From: an uncultured Dehalococcoidia bacterium
GTDB lineage: Bacteria > Chloroflexota > Dehalococcoidia > Lucifugimonadales > CAJWUJ01
Direction: 5' to 3'
Length of the DNA stretch: 64,000 nt
NCBI GenBank assembly: GCA_913047625.1
Contig: CAJWUJ010000003.1
Location: 76,835-140,834, forward strand
Shown in pieces: positions 9,499 to 18,888 of this stretch. A program made the translations under genes and the position numbers. Within the stretch, counting starts at the first letter, position 1, and the number at the start of each line of letters is the position of its first letter. The notes beneath the pieces are model-generated. The model searched no databases and was not told where the DNA came from. It worked only from the letters and a program-made list of their open reading frames with translations.

Positions 9499-11445
9499 TT
9501 ATTTTTTACGACCTTGCGATGATTTGAGTAACTCTGCAATCCTATCGGTGCGAGCATCGAGAGGTAGGCTAGCTATTTCTTTTGCCTCCAAACTTAAGGG
9601 ATCACTAGGGGAATGCTCTTCAGCTGGTTCTAATGACCAGGCATATACGCTCGCCATGGTCAGTAGCATTCCTAGGACTACCAGTACTAAGCTAAACATC
9701 ATGCCGTACGCTGCTATAAGAAGACCGAGTGAGGCAAATAAAGGAAAGTACGAGAGACCCGGAAGCTCAATATGTACTGCTTCCCCAGAAGGCTGTTCTG
9801 ATCCACCTGCAACCTTTCGCAAAGGCTTCTTTCCGGAATATTTAGTGTTCCACCAGTCATCTAGCGTTTTGACTTGGGGTATATGAGCGAAATTATAAAC
9901 AGGCGGAGGAGACGAAATAGACCATTCCAAAGTACGCCCGTTCCACGGGTCATTACCGGCATCGTTTGGTTTACGCATACTTTTAGCAACATTATGCAGA
10001 AAGACTAGGATAGAAACACCGATCATGAAAGCACCAAGAGTAGAAACAAAGTTCCACAGGTCCCAACCCATAGCTGACTCATAGGAGTAAACTCTTCTTG
10101 GCATGCCATCTAAGCCTAAGAAGTGCATAGGGAAGAATGCTAAGTTAAAACCTGCAAAGGTCAGGGCAAAGTGTATTTTACCAATTGTTTCGCTAAGCAG
10201 CTTTCCTGTCATCTTTGGAAACCAGTAATAAATACCTGAGAATATCGCGAAAATTGAGCCACCAAAAAGAACGTAATGGATGTGAGCCACAATGAAATAG
10301 GTATCCTGTTGCTGGGCATCTGAGGAAGCTGAAGAGTGCATCACTCCGCTTAATCCCCCGATGATAAACATGAGAATAAATCCTATTGAAAATAACATTG
10401 CTGAATTAAGCACAAGAGAGCCTTTCCACATGGTGCCTATCCAGTTAAAGATTTTGACTCCCGTAGGGATGGCGATGGCCATAGTAGTTATCGTAAAAGC
10501 AGCATTGGCGATTGGTCCAAGACCTACGGTGAACATATGATGGCTCCAAACAGCCCATCCCAAAAAAGCAATAATAATGCCCGAAAGAATCACAACCGGG
10601 TAACCAAATAACGGTTTTTTGGAAAATGTCGGTAAAACTTCACTCACAATACCCATAGCCGGCAAGATTAAAATGTACACCTCAGGATGACCAAATACCC
10701 AGAATAGGTGTTGCCATAGAATGGGATCGCCACCAGCACTTGTGGTGAAAAACAAGGTGCCGTAACTTCTGTCCATGAGCAGAAGTATTAGAGCGACTGT
10801 AATTACTGGGAATGCCAACACCAAAAGGATAGAAGTAAGCAGTGTCATCCAGGTGAAAACAGGCATTTTCATCAGGGACATTCCGGGAGCTCGTAGGTTC
10901 ACAATAGTGACGATGAAGTTAAATGCGGCAGCTAGTGATGCGATACCTAGGATCTGAAGACCCATTATCCAAAAGTCTATACCGTAGCCAAGATTGAAAA
11001 GCTTGGTTGTTTGCGGTGCATAACCGAACCATCCTGCGTTAGGTGCTCCACCCAAAAACCAACTCGAATTCAAGAAAATTCCTCCAGCCAGAAAAGTCCA
11101 ATAGCTGAAAGCGTTTAACCTAGGAAATGCTACGTCACGGGCTCCAATTTGCAAAGGTATAATAAAGTTGAAGAAAGCTGCGCCCAAGGGCATGATTGCC
11201 AGGAATATCATGGTGGTCCCATGCATAGTGAACATTTGATTGTAAACTTCAGGAGTGACCGCCGTCATTTCAGGACGGGCCAGCTGCCACCTCATAACAA
11301 GGGCCTCGAGGCCTCCTACCATGAAGAAGATGAATGCCGTGACACCGTACAAGATACCGATTCTCTTATGGTCGACTGTAACTAACCAACCGGCTATACC
11401 TTTATAGGTGGTTGGTCTTTCAAATACGGAGGAAATCGATACCAT
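9499..11445 (-). CDS. ctaD: Cytochrome c oxidase subunit I
   Basis: GHPEVYILILP, WSHHMFTVG and VAHIHYVLFGG motifs. 648 aa, with two extra C-terminal TM helices as in Bacillus CtaD. Confidence 0.95.
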   Translation of the reverse strand: MVSISSVFERPTTYKGIAGWLVTVDHKRIGILYGVTAFIFFMVGGLEALVMRWQLARPEMTAVTPEVYNQMFTMHGTTMIFLAIMPLGAAFFNFIIPLQIGARDVAFPRLNAFSYWTFLAGGIFLNSSWFLGGAPNAGWFGYAPQTTKLFNLGYGIDFWIMGLQILGIASLAAAFNFIVTIVNLRAPGMSLMKMPVFTWMTLLTSILLVLAFPVITVALILLLMDRSYGTLFFTTSAGGDPILWQHLFWVFGHPEVYILILPAMGIVSEVLPTFSKKPLFGYPVVILSGIIIAFLGWAVWSHHMFTVGLGPIANAAFTITTMAIAIPTGVKIFNWIGTMWKGSLVLNSAMLFSIGFILMFIIGGLSGVMHSSASSDAQQQDTYFIVAHIHYVLFGGSIFAIFSGIYYWFPKMTGKLLSETIGKIHFALTFAGFNLAFFPMHFLGLDGMPRRVYSYESAMGWDLWNFVSTLGAFMIGVSILVFLHNVAKSMRKPNDAGNDPWNGRTLEWSISSPPPVYNFAHIPQVKTLDDWWNTKYSGKKPLRKVAGGSEQPSGEAVHIELPGLSYFPLFASLGLLIAAYGMMFSLVLVVLGMLLTMASVYAWSLEPAEEHSPSDPLSLEAKEIASLPLDARTDRIAELLKSSQGRKK

Positions 11446-11538
11446 TATCTGACTCCAAGTTGTTTAGTTTTAGTCTCATTTTTGTTAGATGTTTCTCACT
11501 AAGGGTTTTCAACTGTAAAATATTCCTTCGAGTATAGC

Positions 11539-12576
11539 TTATTTAAGTGACTGCAAGTACGCAACGATATGGGATACTTCTTCAGGTGTCATTGCCATAT
11601 CTGGGTTTGTGTAAACAGGAGCTTGCGCTGACATTTGATTACCCGCCTTCATGCTCTCTGGGTCTGTTACCCATTTTATCAGGTTACCCCGGGTGTTTTC
11701 CAGAATTGAACCCGCGAATGTTCCCCTACTGGCAAAATGTGTCAAGTTTGGACCGATAGTTCCTCCAGTAGAATCGATTTTATGACAGGCGATACAGCCT
11801 TTTGAAAGGAAAAGCTGTGAGCCAGAGATTGCTCTACCCGATGGGGTATTGGCTGGGGCTCTTTGATTGGCTTTCCAATCCTCAAAACCTTCAAGGCTAT
11901 CAGCAATTACTACGAATCGCATGTTTGCGTGAGCTTCACCGCAAAACTCCAGACATTGTCCCAGATATGTACCCGGTTCATCAGCTTCGAGCCACAAGAA
12001 ATTACTGTGTCCAGGTACGGCATCAATTTTCCCTTGGAGCTTGGGTACCCAGAAACTGTGGATTACGTCCGAGCTTTCAATATTTAAATTGACTACAGTA
12101 TTTGCAGGTATATGGAGTTCGTTTGCGGTAACAATATCTTCATCCTCATAATCGAATTCCCACCACCATTGATGTCCTGTTACAGTCACGGTTAGGCTGT
12201 CTTCATCTGGGCTATTTGCTAGAGCAAATATCCCGTCAATACTGGGAATAGCGATAACAATGAGAACAAGAATTGGGGCTATAGTCCATGCAATCTCTAG
12301 GTTTCTATGCCCATGAATTTGAGGTGGTAAAGAGGTATCCCCGGGCTTTTGCCTGAAACGGACCACTGTAAAAACCAAGCCTCCGCCTACAATAACAAAC
12401 ACAACTAGGGCTGCCCAAAAAATCAGGATGAACAAATCTTCAAGTTGCGCTGCACCGGGACCTTGGGCTCCAAATGTCGACATGGGACTATCAGATGCGC
12501 ATGCTGACAGTAGTCCTATGGTTGCTGCTAAACAGCAAACAACTAGTAATTTTTGTATAAAATACTTGGAGATCAT
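11539..12576 (-). CDS. ctaC: Cytochrome c oxidase subunit II with fused cytochrome c (caa3 type)
   Basis: Lipoprotein signal (LLSAC), CuA site HSFWVP...CLEFCGEAHANM, and a C-terminal CIACH haem c domain. Confidence 0.95.
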   Translation of the reverse strand: MISKYFIQKLLVVCCLAATIGLLSACASDSPMSTFGAQGPGAAQLEDLFILIFWAALVVFVIVGGGLVFTVVRFRQKPGDTSLPPQIHGHRNLEIAWTIAPILVLIVIAIPSIDGIFALANSPDEDSLTVTVTGHQWWWEFDYEDEDIVTANELHIPANTVVNLNIESSDVIHSFWVPKLQGKIDAVPGHSNFLWLEADEPGTYLGQCLEFCGEAHANMRFVVIADSLEGFEDWKANQRAPANTPSGRAISGSQLFLSKGCIACHKIDSTGGTIGPNLTHFASRGTFAGSILENTRGNLIKWVTDPESMKAGNQMSAQAPVYTNPDMAMTPEEVSHIVAYLQSLK

Positions 12577-12640
12577 ACTATTAAAATTAATTGCCCTGAG
12601 AGACTAGCAATTGGTCTAACATAGGCTCCCTCGAACCTGA

Positions 12641-12669
12641 AAAATACCACAAGCTTTAGATAGCGTCAA
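12641..12669 (-). promoter_or_regulatory. Candidate promoter for ctaC-ctaD-ctaE
   Basis: On the minus strand: TTGACG (12669-12664), a 17-nt spacer, then TATTTT (12646-12641), in the 137-nt ctaB-ctaC gap. Pattern only. Confidence 0.25.
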
Positions 12670-12713
12670 TAATAAAACGATAAGCGGATGGCTAGAGAAG
12701 AATCAAATCGTGC

Positions 12714-13628
12714 CTAAATTGCACCTTCTATGGCCAATGTCACAAATAAGCAGGAAAGATAGACTAAGGAATATTGGAATAAGTGTCTCGCAGCAGGGGG
12801 AACTGGGCCCCGAAAAAGCTTTAAGCAGGCATATAGAAGGAAAATATTGAGAAGGGATGAGACAGAGATATAAATCCAACTAAGTGACACAATGAAAGGA
12901 AAGCACATAGTAAACGCGGCAAGAATAATTGAGTAAAGCAGTATCCTTTGGTTCGTTTTTGCTACTCCTGCTACCACAGGGAGCATAGGAATATTTGCTT
13001 TAGTGTAATCTTGTTTAAGGAGTAGTGCCAAGGCCCAAAAATGCGGAGGCGTCCACAGAAAAACAATACCAAACATATATACTGCAGGCCAGTCAACAGA
13101 TGCAGTGACGGAAGTCCACCCGACTAATGGTGCTATTGCTCCAGCTGCACCCCCGATAACAATGTTTTCTGGTGTAACCTTCTTTAACCAAAGGGTATAT
13201 ACAATTATGTAGAAAAGCGAGCCTGCTAGAACCAATAAAGCACTAAGCGTATTGACTAGGAAAACCAATATTATGAAAGCTGCTATATTAAACACTATTC
13301 CCAAGCCTAACGCCGTGTTTGGGGCAATCCTCCCTACGGTAAGAGGCCTTCTTCTTGTACGAGCCATGAGGGCATCAACTTCACGATCAGCATATTGATT
13401 AATGGCGCCGGCTCCTCCAGCAGCTAGTGCCCCTGACAGGCAGACTGCTATTGCTAGCACAGGGTCGGGTAATCCTCCGGAAGCCAAAACCATGGCGCTA
13501 AAAGTCGTAATTAGGAGCAGTACCACTATCTCCGCTTTAGTTAAAGCAAGGAAATCTATAACTAGATTTCCCAAAGACCCCTTGTACCATGGAGTTGTAG
13601 ATTTTTTGGAATTAGAACTGTGATTCAC
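12714..13628 (-). CDS. ctaB: Protohaem IX farnesyltransferase (haem O synthase)
   Basis: UbiA-superfamily polytopic protein with the NQYADREVDALMARTRRRP motif. Its start overlaps the ctaA stop (GTGA). Confidence 0.9.
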   Translation of the reverse strand: MNHSSNSKKSTTPWYKGSLGNLVIDFLALTKAEIVVLLLITTFSAMVLASGGLPDPVLAIAVCLSGALAAGGAGAINQYADREVDALMARTRRRPLTVGRIAPNTALGLGIVFNIAAFIILVFLVNTLSALLVLAGSLFYIIVYTLWLKKVTPENIVIGGAAGAIAPLVGWTSVTASVDWPAVYMFGIVFLWTPPHFWALALLLKQDYTKANIPMLPVVAGVAKTNQRILLYSIILAAFTMCFPFIVSLSWIYISVSSLLNIFLLYACLKLFRGPVPPAARHLFQYSLVYLSCLFVTLAIEGAI

Positions 13629-14566
13629 GCGCTACTCCTTAGAGTACCTTTGTTGCCAGGATTGAATAATGCAAGGCCGAAATTAATGACTGCTGTACCC
13701 CAAACTAAAGCACTCACCGTAAGATGTATAGCTCTCCAAAATGGCGTGAAATGCAGCCATATAGTTGCTGCCCCTATGAGAATTTGGATTGTCATAGCAA
13801 TACTTAGTAATAAAATAAAAGTTTGGCTGAGGCTTTTCGTTCGTTGTTTCCGTCCAGAAAGAAACAGCCAAAAAACTGATAAGACCGTTATTAGAACAAT
13901 TAATCTGTGGAGCCAGTGAATACCTGCCAAGTGATTAGTTGGAAACAGTTGACCATTGCACAACGGCCAACCAGCACAAGCTGCGAATGCTCCAGTATTC
14001 GTGACTAGGCTACCGCTAATTATAGTTGCAAAAATCAAAATAAGGGTCACAAATAAGGGTCTATCTGCTAACCAGAGCGCTGCAGTAGTCCCTTTTCTCG
14101 AATCTTGGATAAGAACTCTGCAAGTCAGTAGTAGGAGTACTCCGAAAAAAGCTTGTGCGGTTGCTAAATGTAATGCAATAAACTCTGGTCTTAATTCTGT
14201 TAAAACAGTCATCCCTCCTAGCAGGATTTGTATGCCTAATAAGACCCAAGACACTAAAATCATTTTCCTAAGGCCGCTATTATGGCCTGGAAGGCGAAAC
14301 ACGCAGATAGTTATTGCAACTACTAGGCAGGACACGATCAGCGCCAATAACCTATGGGAGTACTCTATGATTACATGAAACTCGAACGGAGGTATTATTT
14401 TTCCATGGCACAATGGCCAATCTGGGCATGCAAGCCCCGAGTCGGTAACCCTAACTATTCCTCCCAAACTGATCAAGCAAAACACGGCGATCGAGGTTAT
14501 TACAGAAAGCGACTTCAGTGTTTTAGATGAAGAATACTCGATATCTTGGTGGCTGGTTGGATTCAT
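13625..14566 (-). CDS. ctaA: Haem A synthase (COX15/CtaA family)
   Basis: 8-TM protein with paired Cys motifs CPDWPLCHG and CAGWPLCNG plus conserved His residues. Confidence 0.85.
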   Translation of the reverse strand: MNPTSHQDIEYSSSKTLKSLSVITSIAVFCLISLGGIVRVTDSGLACPDWPLCHGKIIPPFEFHVIIEYSHRLLALIVSCLVVAITICVFRLPGHNSGLRKMILVSWVLLGIQILLGGMTVLTELRPEFIALHLATAQAFFGVLLLLTCRVLIQDSRKGTTAALWLADRPLFVTLILIFATIISGSLVTNTGAFAACAGWPLCNGQLFPTNHLAGIHWLHRLIVLITVLSVFWLFLSGRKQRTKSLSQTFILLLSIAMTIQILIGAATIWLHFTPFWRAIHLTVSALVWGTAVINFGLALFNPGNKGTLRSSA

Positions 14567-14584
14567 GAATAACTTGGCCCTTAA

Positions 14585-15025
14585 CTAGGCTTTGGTCTCG
14601 CTTTCGCTATTTATTGTCTGGACCCCATAACCGCCGCTGCTAGCTGCGATTTGATAAACAAGTTCATCGCTAAGGTTTTTGGGGACTTTTTGATTAGCCC
14701 ATTTATCACTCAGAACCTTAAAAACACCCGTATGAGCCATTCCTTTGATAGGACCGCTCAATAAAATTCGAAAGATAGCCTCCATCAGTGGCATATCTGG
14801 TTTAAGGTAGCCATCTTTTTTTGAACAGCATTTCGCTATAAGTTTGCGGTGATTAGCGAAAGATGAGTCAGAAGAATCTTTGGATTTTTTAAGATCCGAG
14901 AGACATTGAGGACAACGACGATCCTTTGCTAGTAGAGCTGAAGAACGGCCACTTGCCTCAATAAAGGATGGATCTATTGTATATTTTGATCCCTGTGCTA
15001 CTGCTGCTAATGTTTGAGTTTCCAA
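14585..15025 (-). CDS. Hypothetical protein (CxxC plus CC cysteines), no family recognised
   Basis: 146-aa ORF with a TTG start preceded by GGGAG 6 nt upstream. Co-directional, between ctaA and moeA. I recognise no motif beyond CPQC and KCCSKK. Confidence 0.5.
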   Translation of the reverse strand: METQTLAAVAQGSKYTIDPSFIEASGRSSALLAKDRRCPQCLSDLKKSKDSSDSSFANHRKLIAKCCSKKDGYLKPDMPLMEAIFRILLSGPIKGMAHTGVFKVLSDKWANQKVPKNLSDELVYQIAASSGGYGVQTINSESETKA

Positions 15026-15127
15026 TGTTATCTCCCTTTCATGGAAAGAATTGCGGTAATACTATACACGATTTTTCAGAATAACCTAGTGTTTTGAACT
15101 CGATAGAGGAGGATCTGTTATCTGCGT

Positions 15128-16366
15128 CTATTTGAGGAGCCTAACTTCAGCGAAGGATCCCTTTTTAAGTAGTACTGTGTCTTCCGGGCAAATTGCCAAA
15201 CCGTCCGCATTGACGAACGAACTGATAATATTAGAGCCTTGGGGGCCAGCTGACCTAGCGTAGTATATGGATCCTTTTTTGGATATGCTTACTCTTGCAA
15301 AAACCCTTCTCTTATCGGGATTGTATATATCATCTTCCAGTTTTGCCTGTATGGTTGGCCTATCAAGGTTCGATACCCCCATCATTTTCAATATGGCTGG
15401 TCTAACCAATACCTCAAAAGCTACTAATGTGCTTACTGGGTTGCCTGGAAGCCCAACATATGGAGTGCTAGCATTATTATCGTACTCTATTTTGCCAAAA
15501 ACTAAAGGCTTACCGGGACGCATTCGTATTGACCAAAAATCCAGACAACCTGCATCTGCTAAGACATCTTTAACAAGATCCAAATGGCCTTTTGAAACAC
15601 CACCTGAGGTTAAAACTAAGTCTAAATCTACTCCCCTTTTTAGGATAGAGGAAACCGATCTTTTGGAGTCTTTTGCCATACCCAGCCAAACGGGGATAGC
15701 ACCCATACTTTTTACCAGTGACATTAACGCATACGCATTACTATCGTATATCTTGCCTGGGCTTAGTGATTCATTCATCCTGAGAAGTTCATTACCTGTA
15801 GATGCGATACCTACTCGTGGTCTTTGGATTACTGGAATGGAGGATAGCCCAACTGCGGCTAGTAAACTGACGACAGCCGGTGTAATTATAGTGTTTTTTT
15901 TGACCAACGTTGTCCCTGCTATAACATCCTCACCAGCAAGCCGGATGTTGGATCCGTGCTGTACGGGTTTCTTGATTAAGACATGTGATGAAGTATTGGC
16001 AGAGGTTAATTCAACAGGGACAACACAATCCGCTCCATTCGGGATTAGACCCCCAGTGGCTATCTGTACTCCCTTACCAGAAGTCACCTTAATATTAGTA
16101 GGAGAACCTGCTGGAACGGTAGAAAGCAGCTCTACGGATACAGGTGTCCTTGGAGTAGCAGATTTAATATCCTTTGAAATCACGGCATACCCGTCCATGG
16201 CTGAATTGGGCCATGTTGGTAATGATATTGGCGACTTTATGACCTCAGAAGAAATTAATCCAACTGCTTCTAGAAGCGGAGATAAAACGGTTTGGTTAGG
16301 GCTGATGGTAGAGAGAATCAAGGAAAGAGCTTCGTCGACCGACAGCATAGCCTGAGTAAATTTCAC
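15128..16366 (-). CDS. moeA: Molybdopterin molybdenumtransferase MoeA
   Basis: NSAMDGYAV and LTSGGVSKGHLD motifs, 412 aa. The start is GTG 16366 or ATG 16348. Confidence 0.9.
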   Translation of the reverse strand: MKFTQAMLSVDEALSLILSTISPNQTVLSPLLEAVGLISSEVIKSPISLPTWPNSAMDGYAVISKDIKSATPRTPVSVELLSTVPAGSPTNIKVTSGKGVQIATGGLIPNGADCVVPVELTSANTSSHVLIKKPVQHGSNIRLAGEDVIAGTTLVKKNTIITPAVVSLLAAVGLSSIPVIQRPRVGIASTGNELLRMNESLSPGKIYDSNAYALMSLVKSMGAIPVWLGMAKDSKRSVSSILKRGVDLDLVLTSGGVSKGHLDLVKDVLADAGCLDFWSIRMRPGKPLVFGKIEYDNNASTPYVGLPGNPVSTLVAFEVLVRPAILKMMGVSNLDRPTIQAKLEDDIYNPDKRRVFARVSISKKGSIYYARSAGPQGSNIISSFVNADGLAICPEDTVLLKKGSFAEVRLLK

Positions 16367-16385
16367 TTCACGAGTCTCCTGTTAG

Positions 16386-18836
16386 TTACTGCTTGCGCAG
16401 TTCTGCTCCTGTCTTATCAGCGAGCACGGCCAAGATTTGATCCTGAGCACGATTGATTTCTTCAGCAGATAAGGTTGAGTTGAACGACTGGTAAGTTACA
16501 TGGAAAGCTAGGGACTTCTTATTATGGTCAGAGCCTTGGCCTTGATACATATCAAATAATTCTACTCTAGTGACTAATTTATGTTGGTTAATGAGGTTGC
16601 TTATAGTATCAGCAGCCACGCTTATATTTACCAATAGGGCCAGATCTCGTAATGCCTCAGGAAACTTTGAAAGAGGACGGTAGGCACGTTGTTTTAAATT
16701 TGTTAGATTCAGAATTGCCTTAATATCAAGTTCAATCATTGCTACATTACTTATGTCTATATCAAACAGATCTAATGTGGCTTGCTTTAATTCACCCACG
16801 ATACCGATATTTTTTTTATTCGATAAGATCGAAGCGGCTTTGCCGGCTTCAAAAAGGCGATCTTCCGTAACGAAGTAGCTCGTCGGAAGTCCTAGCTCGG
16901 ATAAAACAAACTCAGCGATGCCTTTAGCGTCAAAGAATCCCAAGCCGGAATCTTTAACCTTTTCATCAAGCCATGACTTTTGGAAAGCAGGGCCTGCTAC
17001 TATCGCTATTAACACTTCTTTTTCCTCAGGAAGATCGCTTTGTCTTCTGTGATAGGTACGACCAATTTCAAATAACCTCAACCCTTTAGCTTGATAGCGC
17101 TGGTTACGACAAAGATTTTCTAGGATGCTTCCTCTAAGCGTGTTACGAAGATATTCTTGCTCCGAAGACATTGGATTGGCCAAGCGAAGAGGTGGCATAG
17201 AATCATCAAAAGAGAACACCTTCCGCAGTATTTTTTCACTAACGAGAGAGTACGAAACTATCTCCTGCGCTCCAGTTGCTACCATTAAATCTTTTATTCG
17301 TTCTCGTATTTGATGGAGTGGTTGAGTTAACGGATAGGGAATAGTGGCTGAAGGCAAAACAGTCGGGATCGAATCATAGCCAGTAATTCTGGCTAGCTCT
17401 TCGATTAAGTCATTCTCGATTGTAAGATCTGTGCGCCAGTACGGAATCTTGACATTCAGGTCAAAGTTTTTGCCAGAAGAAGTCTGTGTGACTTCGCAAC
17501 CTAGCAGCGAGAGAGTATCCTTGGTTTGGTTCAAGGTATAACCTATGCCCAGCACACGAGCAATCTTTTTGCTTGATAGAGAAATTTCTATTGGGATTAA
17601 GGATACTGATGCGGATCGTTGATCCCCTACCGCTTCCAAGCTTGAGCCGTGACAGCATTGTGCTATCAAGTCTATTGCTCGCTGCAGCCCTTTGGCAGCT
17701 AAAGCAGGACTGAGCCCTTTTGCAAAACGGTTTGATGCTTCAGTTCGCAGCTTTAACGTTCCTGAGGTTAGCCTGTTATTGTAGTCGTCGAATGTGGCAG
17801 CTTCGAGAAGGATTGTCGAGGTTTCGTTCCTAACCTCAGAGCTTGTACCGCCGATAATTCCAGCGAGGCCAATAGCCCCCTCATCGTCTGCAATAACCAA
17901 CATAGGCGGGAAGAGTGTAAGTTTTTGCCCATCTAATGCACCAAAGGTTTCTTCTTTGAAGGCTTGTCTGACTGTGATGTGTTTACCTCTCACCTGTTCA
18001 AAGTCGAAAGCATGCAGGGGTTGTCCGTATTCCAGCATAACGTAGTTTGTAATATCGACAATGTTGTTAATAGGTCGTTGACCAGCCTTTATAAGACGTT
18101 CCTGTAACCAGCCGGGAGACGGACCAACCTTGATGTTCTTCATGAGAGCCGCAGTGTAACGGAGACAATTCTCTGGGTCGGAGATGGTGATATTGTCAAG
18201 AGTAGGCAGCCCTGTCTTCTCTATTGATCCTGTAAGCTTAGGAGAGGATAGTTCTGTTTTAGTAATAGCACTTAACTCCCGTGCGATTCCAAGCACTGAT
18301 AAGCAGTCAGGACGATTAGGTGTTATTTCTACTTCCAGTATGGGGTCAGTGAGATAGTCTCTTAGTAATGATCCGACTGGGGCACTATCAGGTAAAACCT
18401 TGATGCCGTCATGATCGGTCCCTAGGCCCAGCTCTAAGTCAGAACAAACCATTCCCGCAGATTCTACACCACGAATTTTGGCTGGTTTTAGAGTAGTTAT
18501 TTTTCCAGTTTGGGGATGGATCAATTCTGCTCCCGATGTCGCAAACGCAATTTTTTGTCCCTCTGCCACATTGGGAGCTCCGCATACTACTGTGTTAAGC
18601 GAGGCGGCATCTTCCGAAGATGCGATAGCCACTGTTACCAGCCTAAGTCTGTCAGCATTGGGATGGGAAGAAACCTCAATCACTTTACCGACAAAGACGC
18701 CATTCCACTGCTGTCCTTGTGAGGTTTCCGCAGAAGTTTCTATACCAGCCATGGTCAACTGGTGTGCTACTTCAGACGCTGACAGGTCTATGGGGATGTA
18801 TTCTTTTATCCAAGATAGCGGTATTTTCATATTCAA
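16386..18836 (-). CDS. pheT: Phenylalanine--tRNA ligase beta subunit
   Basis: 816 aa with an N-terminal tRNA-binding domain, B3/4-B5 core and a C-terminal FDX-ACB-like domain. Lies directly downstream of pheS. Confidence 0.95.
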   Translation of the reverse strand: MNMKIPLSWIKEYIPIDLSASEVAHQLTMAGIETSAETSQGQQWNGVFVGKVIEVSSHPNADRLRLVTVAIASSEDAASLNTVVCGAPNVAEGQKIAFATSGAELIHPQTGKITTLKPAKIRGVESAGMVCSDLELGLGTDHDGIKVLPDSAPVGSLLRDYLTDPILEVEITPNRPDCLSVLGIARELSAITKTELSSPKLTGSIEKTGLPTLDNITISDPENCLRYTAALMKNIKVGPSPGWLQERLIKAGQRPINNIVDITNYVMLEYGQPLHAFDFEQVRGKHITVRQAFKEETFGALDGQKLTLFPPMLVIADDEGAIGLAGIIGGTSSEVRNETSTILLEAATFDDYNNRLTSGTLKLRTEASNRFAKGLSPALAAKGLQRAIDLIAQCCHGSSLEAVGDQRSASVSLIPIEISLSSKKIARVLGIGYTLNQTKDTLSLLGCEVTQTSSGKNFDLNVKIPYWRTDLTIENDLIEELARITGYDSIPTVLPSATIPYPLTQPLHQIRERIKDLMVATGAQEIVSYSLVSEKILRKVFSFDDSMPPLRLANPMSSEQEYLRNTLRGSILENLCRNQRYQAKGLRLFEIGRTYHRRQSDLPEEKEVLIAIVAGPAFQKSWLDEKVKDSGLGFFDAKGIAEFVLSELGLPTSYFVTEDRLFEAGKAASILSNKKNIGIVGELKQATLDLFDIDISNVAMIELDIKAILNLTNLKQRAYRPLSKFPEALRDLALLVNISVAADTISNLINQHKLVTRVELFDMYQGQGSDHNKKSLAFHVTYQSFNSTLSAEEINRAQDQILAVLADKTGAELRKQ

Positions 18837-18888
18837 TATGTCTCGTCAGATAAATGGTCTTAAAGAGAATGGAACACAGGATATTCAG

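Noticed and set aside
9499-9800. C-terminal ~100-aa extension of subunit I as a possible novel fusion
   Set aside because: Two extra C-terminal TM helices are normal for Bacillus-type caa3 CtaD (about 620-650 aa), so this is not unusual.
9524-9886. 120-aa antisense ORF inside ctaD, and similar ORFs at 10775, 11149, 11547, 11802 and 11863
   Set aside because: These are shadow ORFs opposite strongly supported oxidase genes. I see no motifs and no ribosome-binding sites.
15267-16355. 362-aa ORF on the plus strand, antisense to moeA
   Set aside because: It lies wholly within the well-supported moeA gene on the opposite strand. Its product is low-complexity (Ser/Thr/Pro/Leu-rich) with no motif. 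This is a typical shadow ORF.
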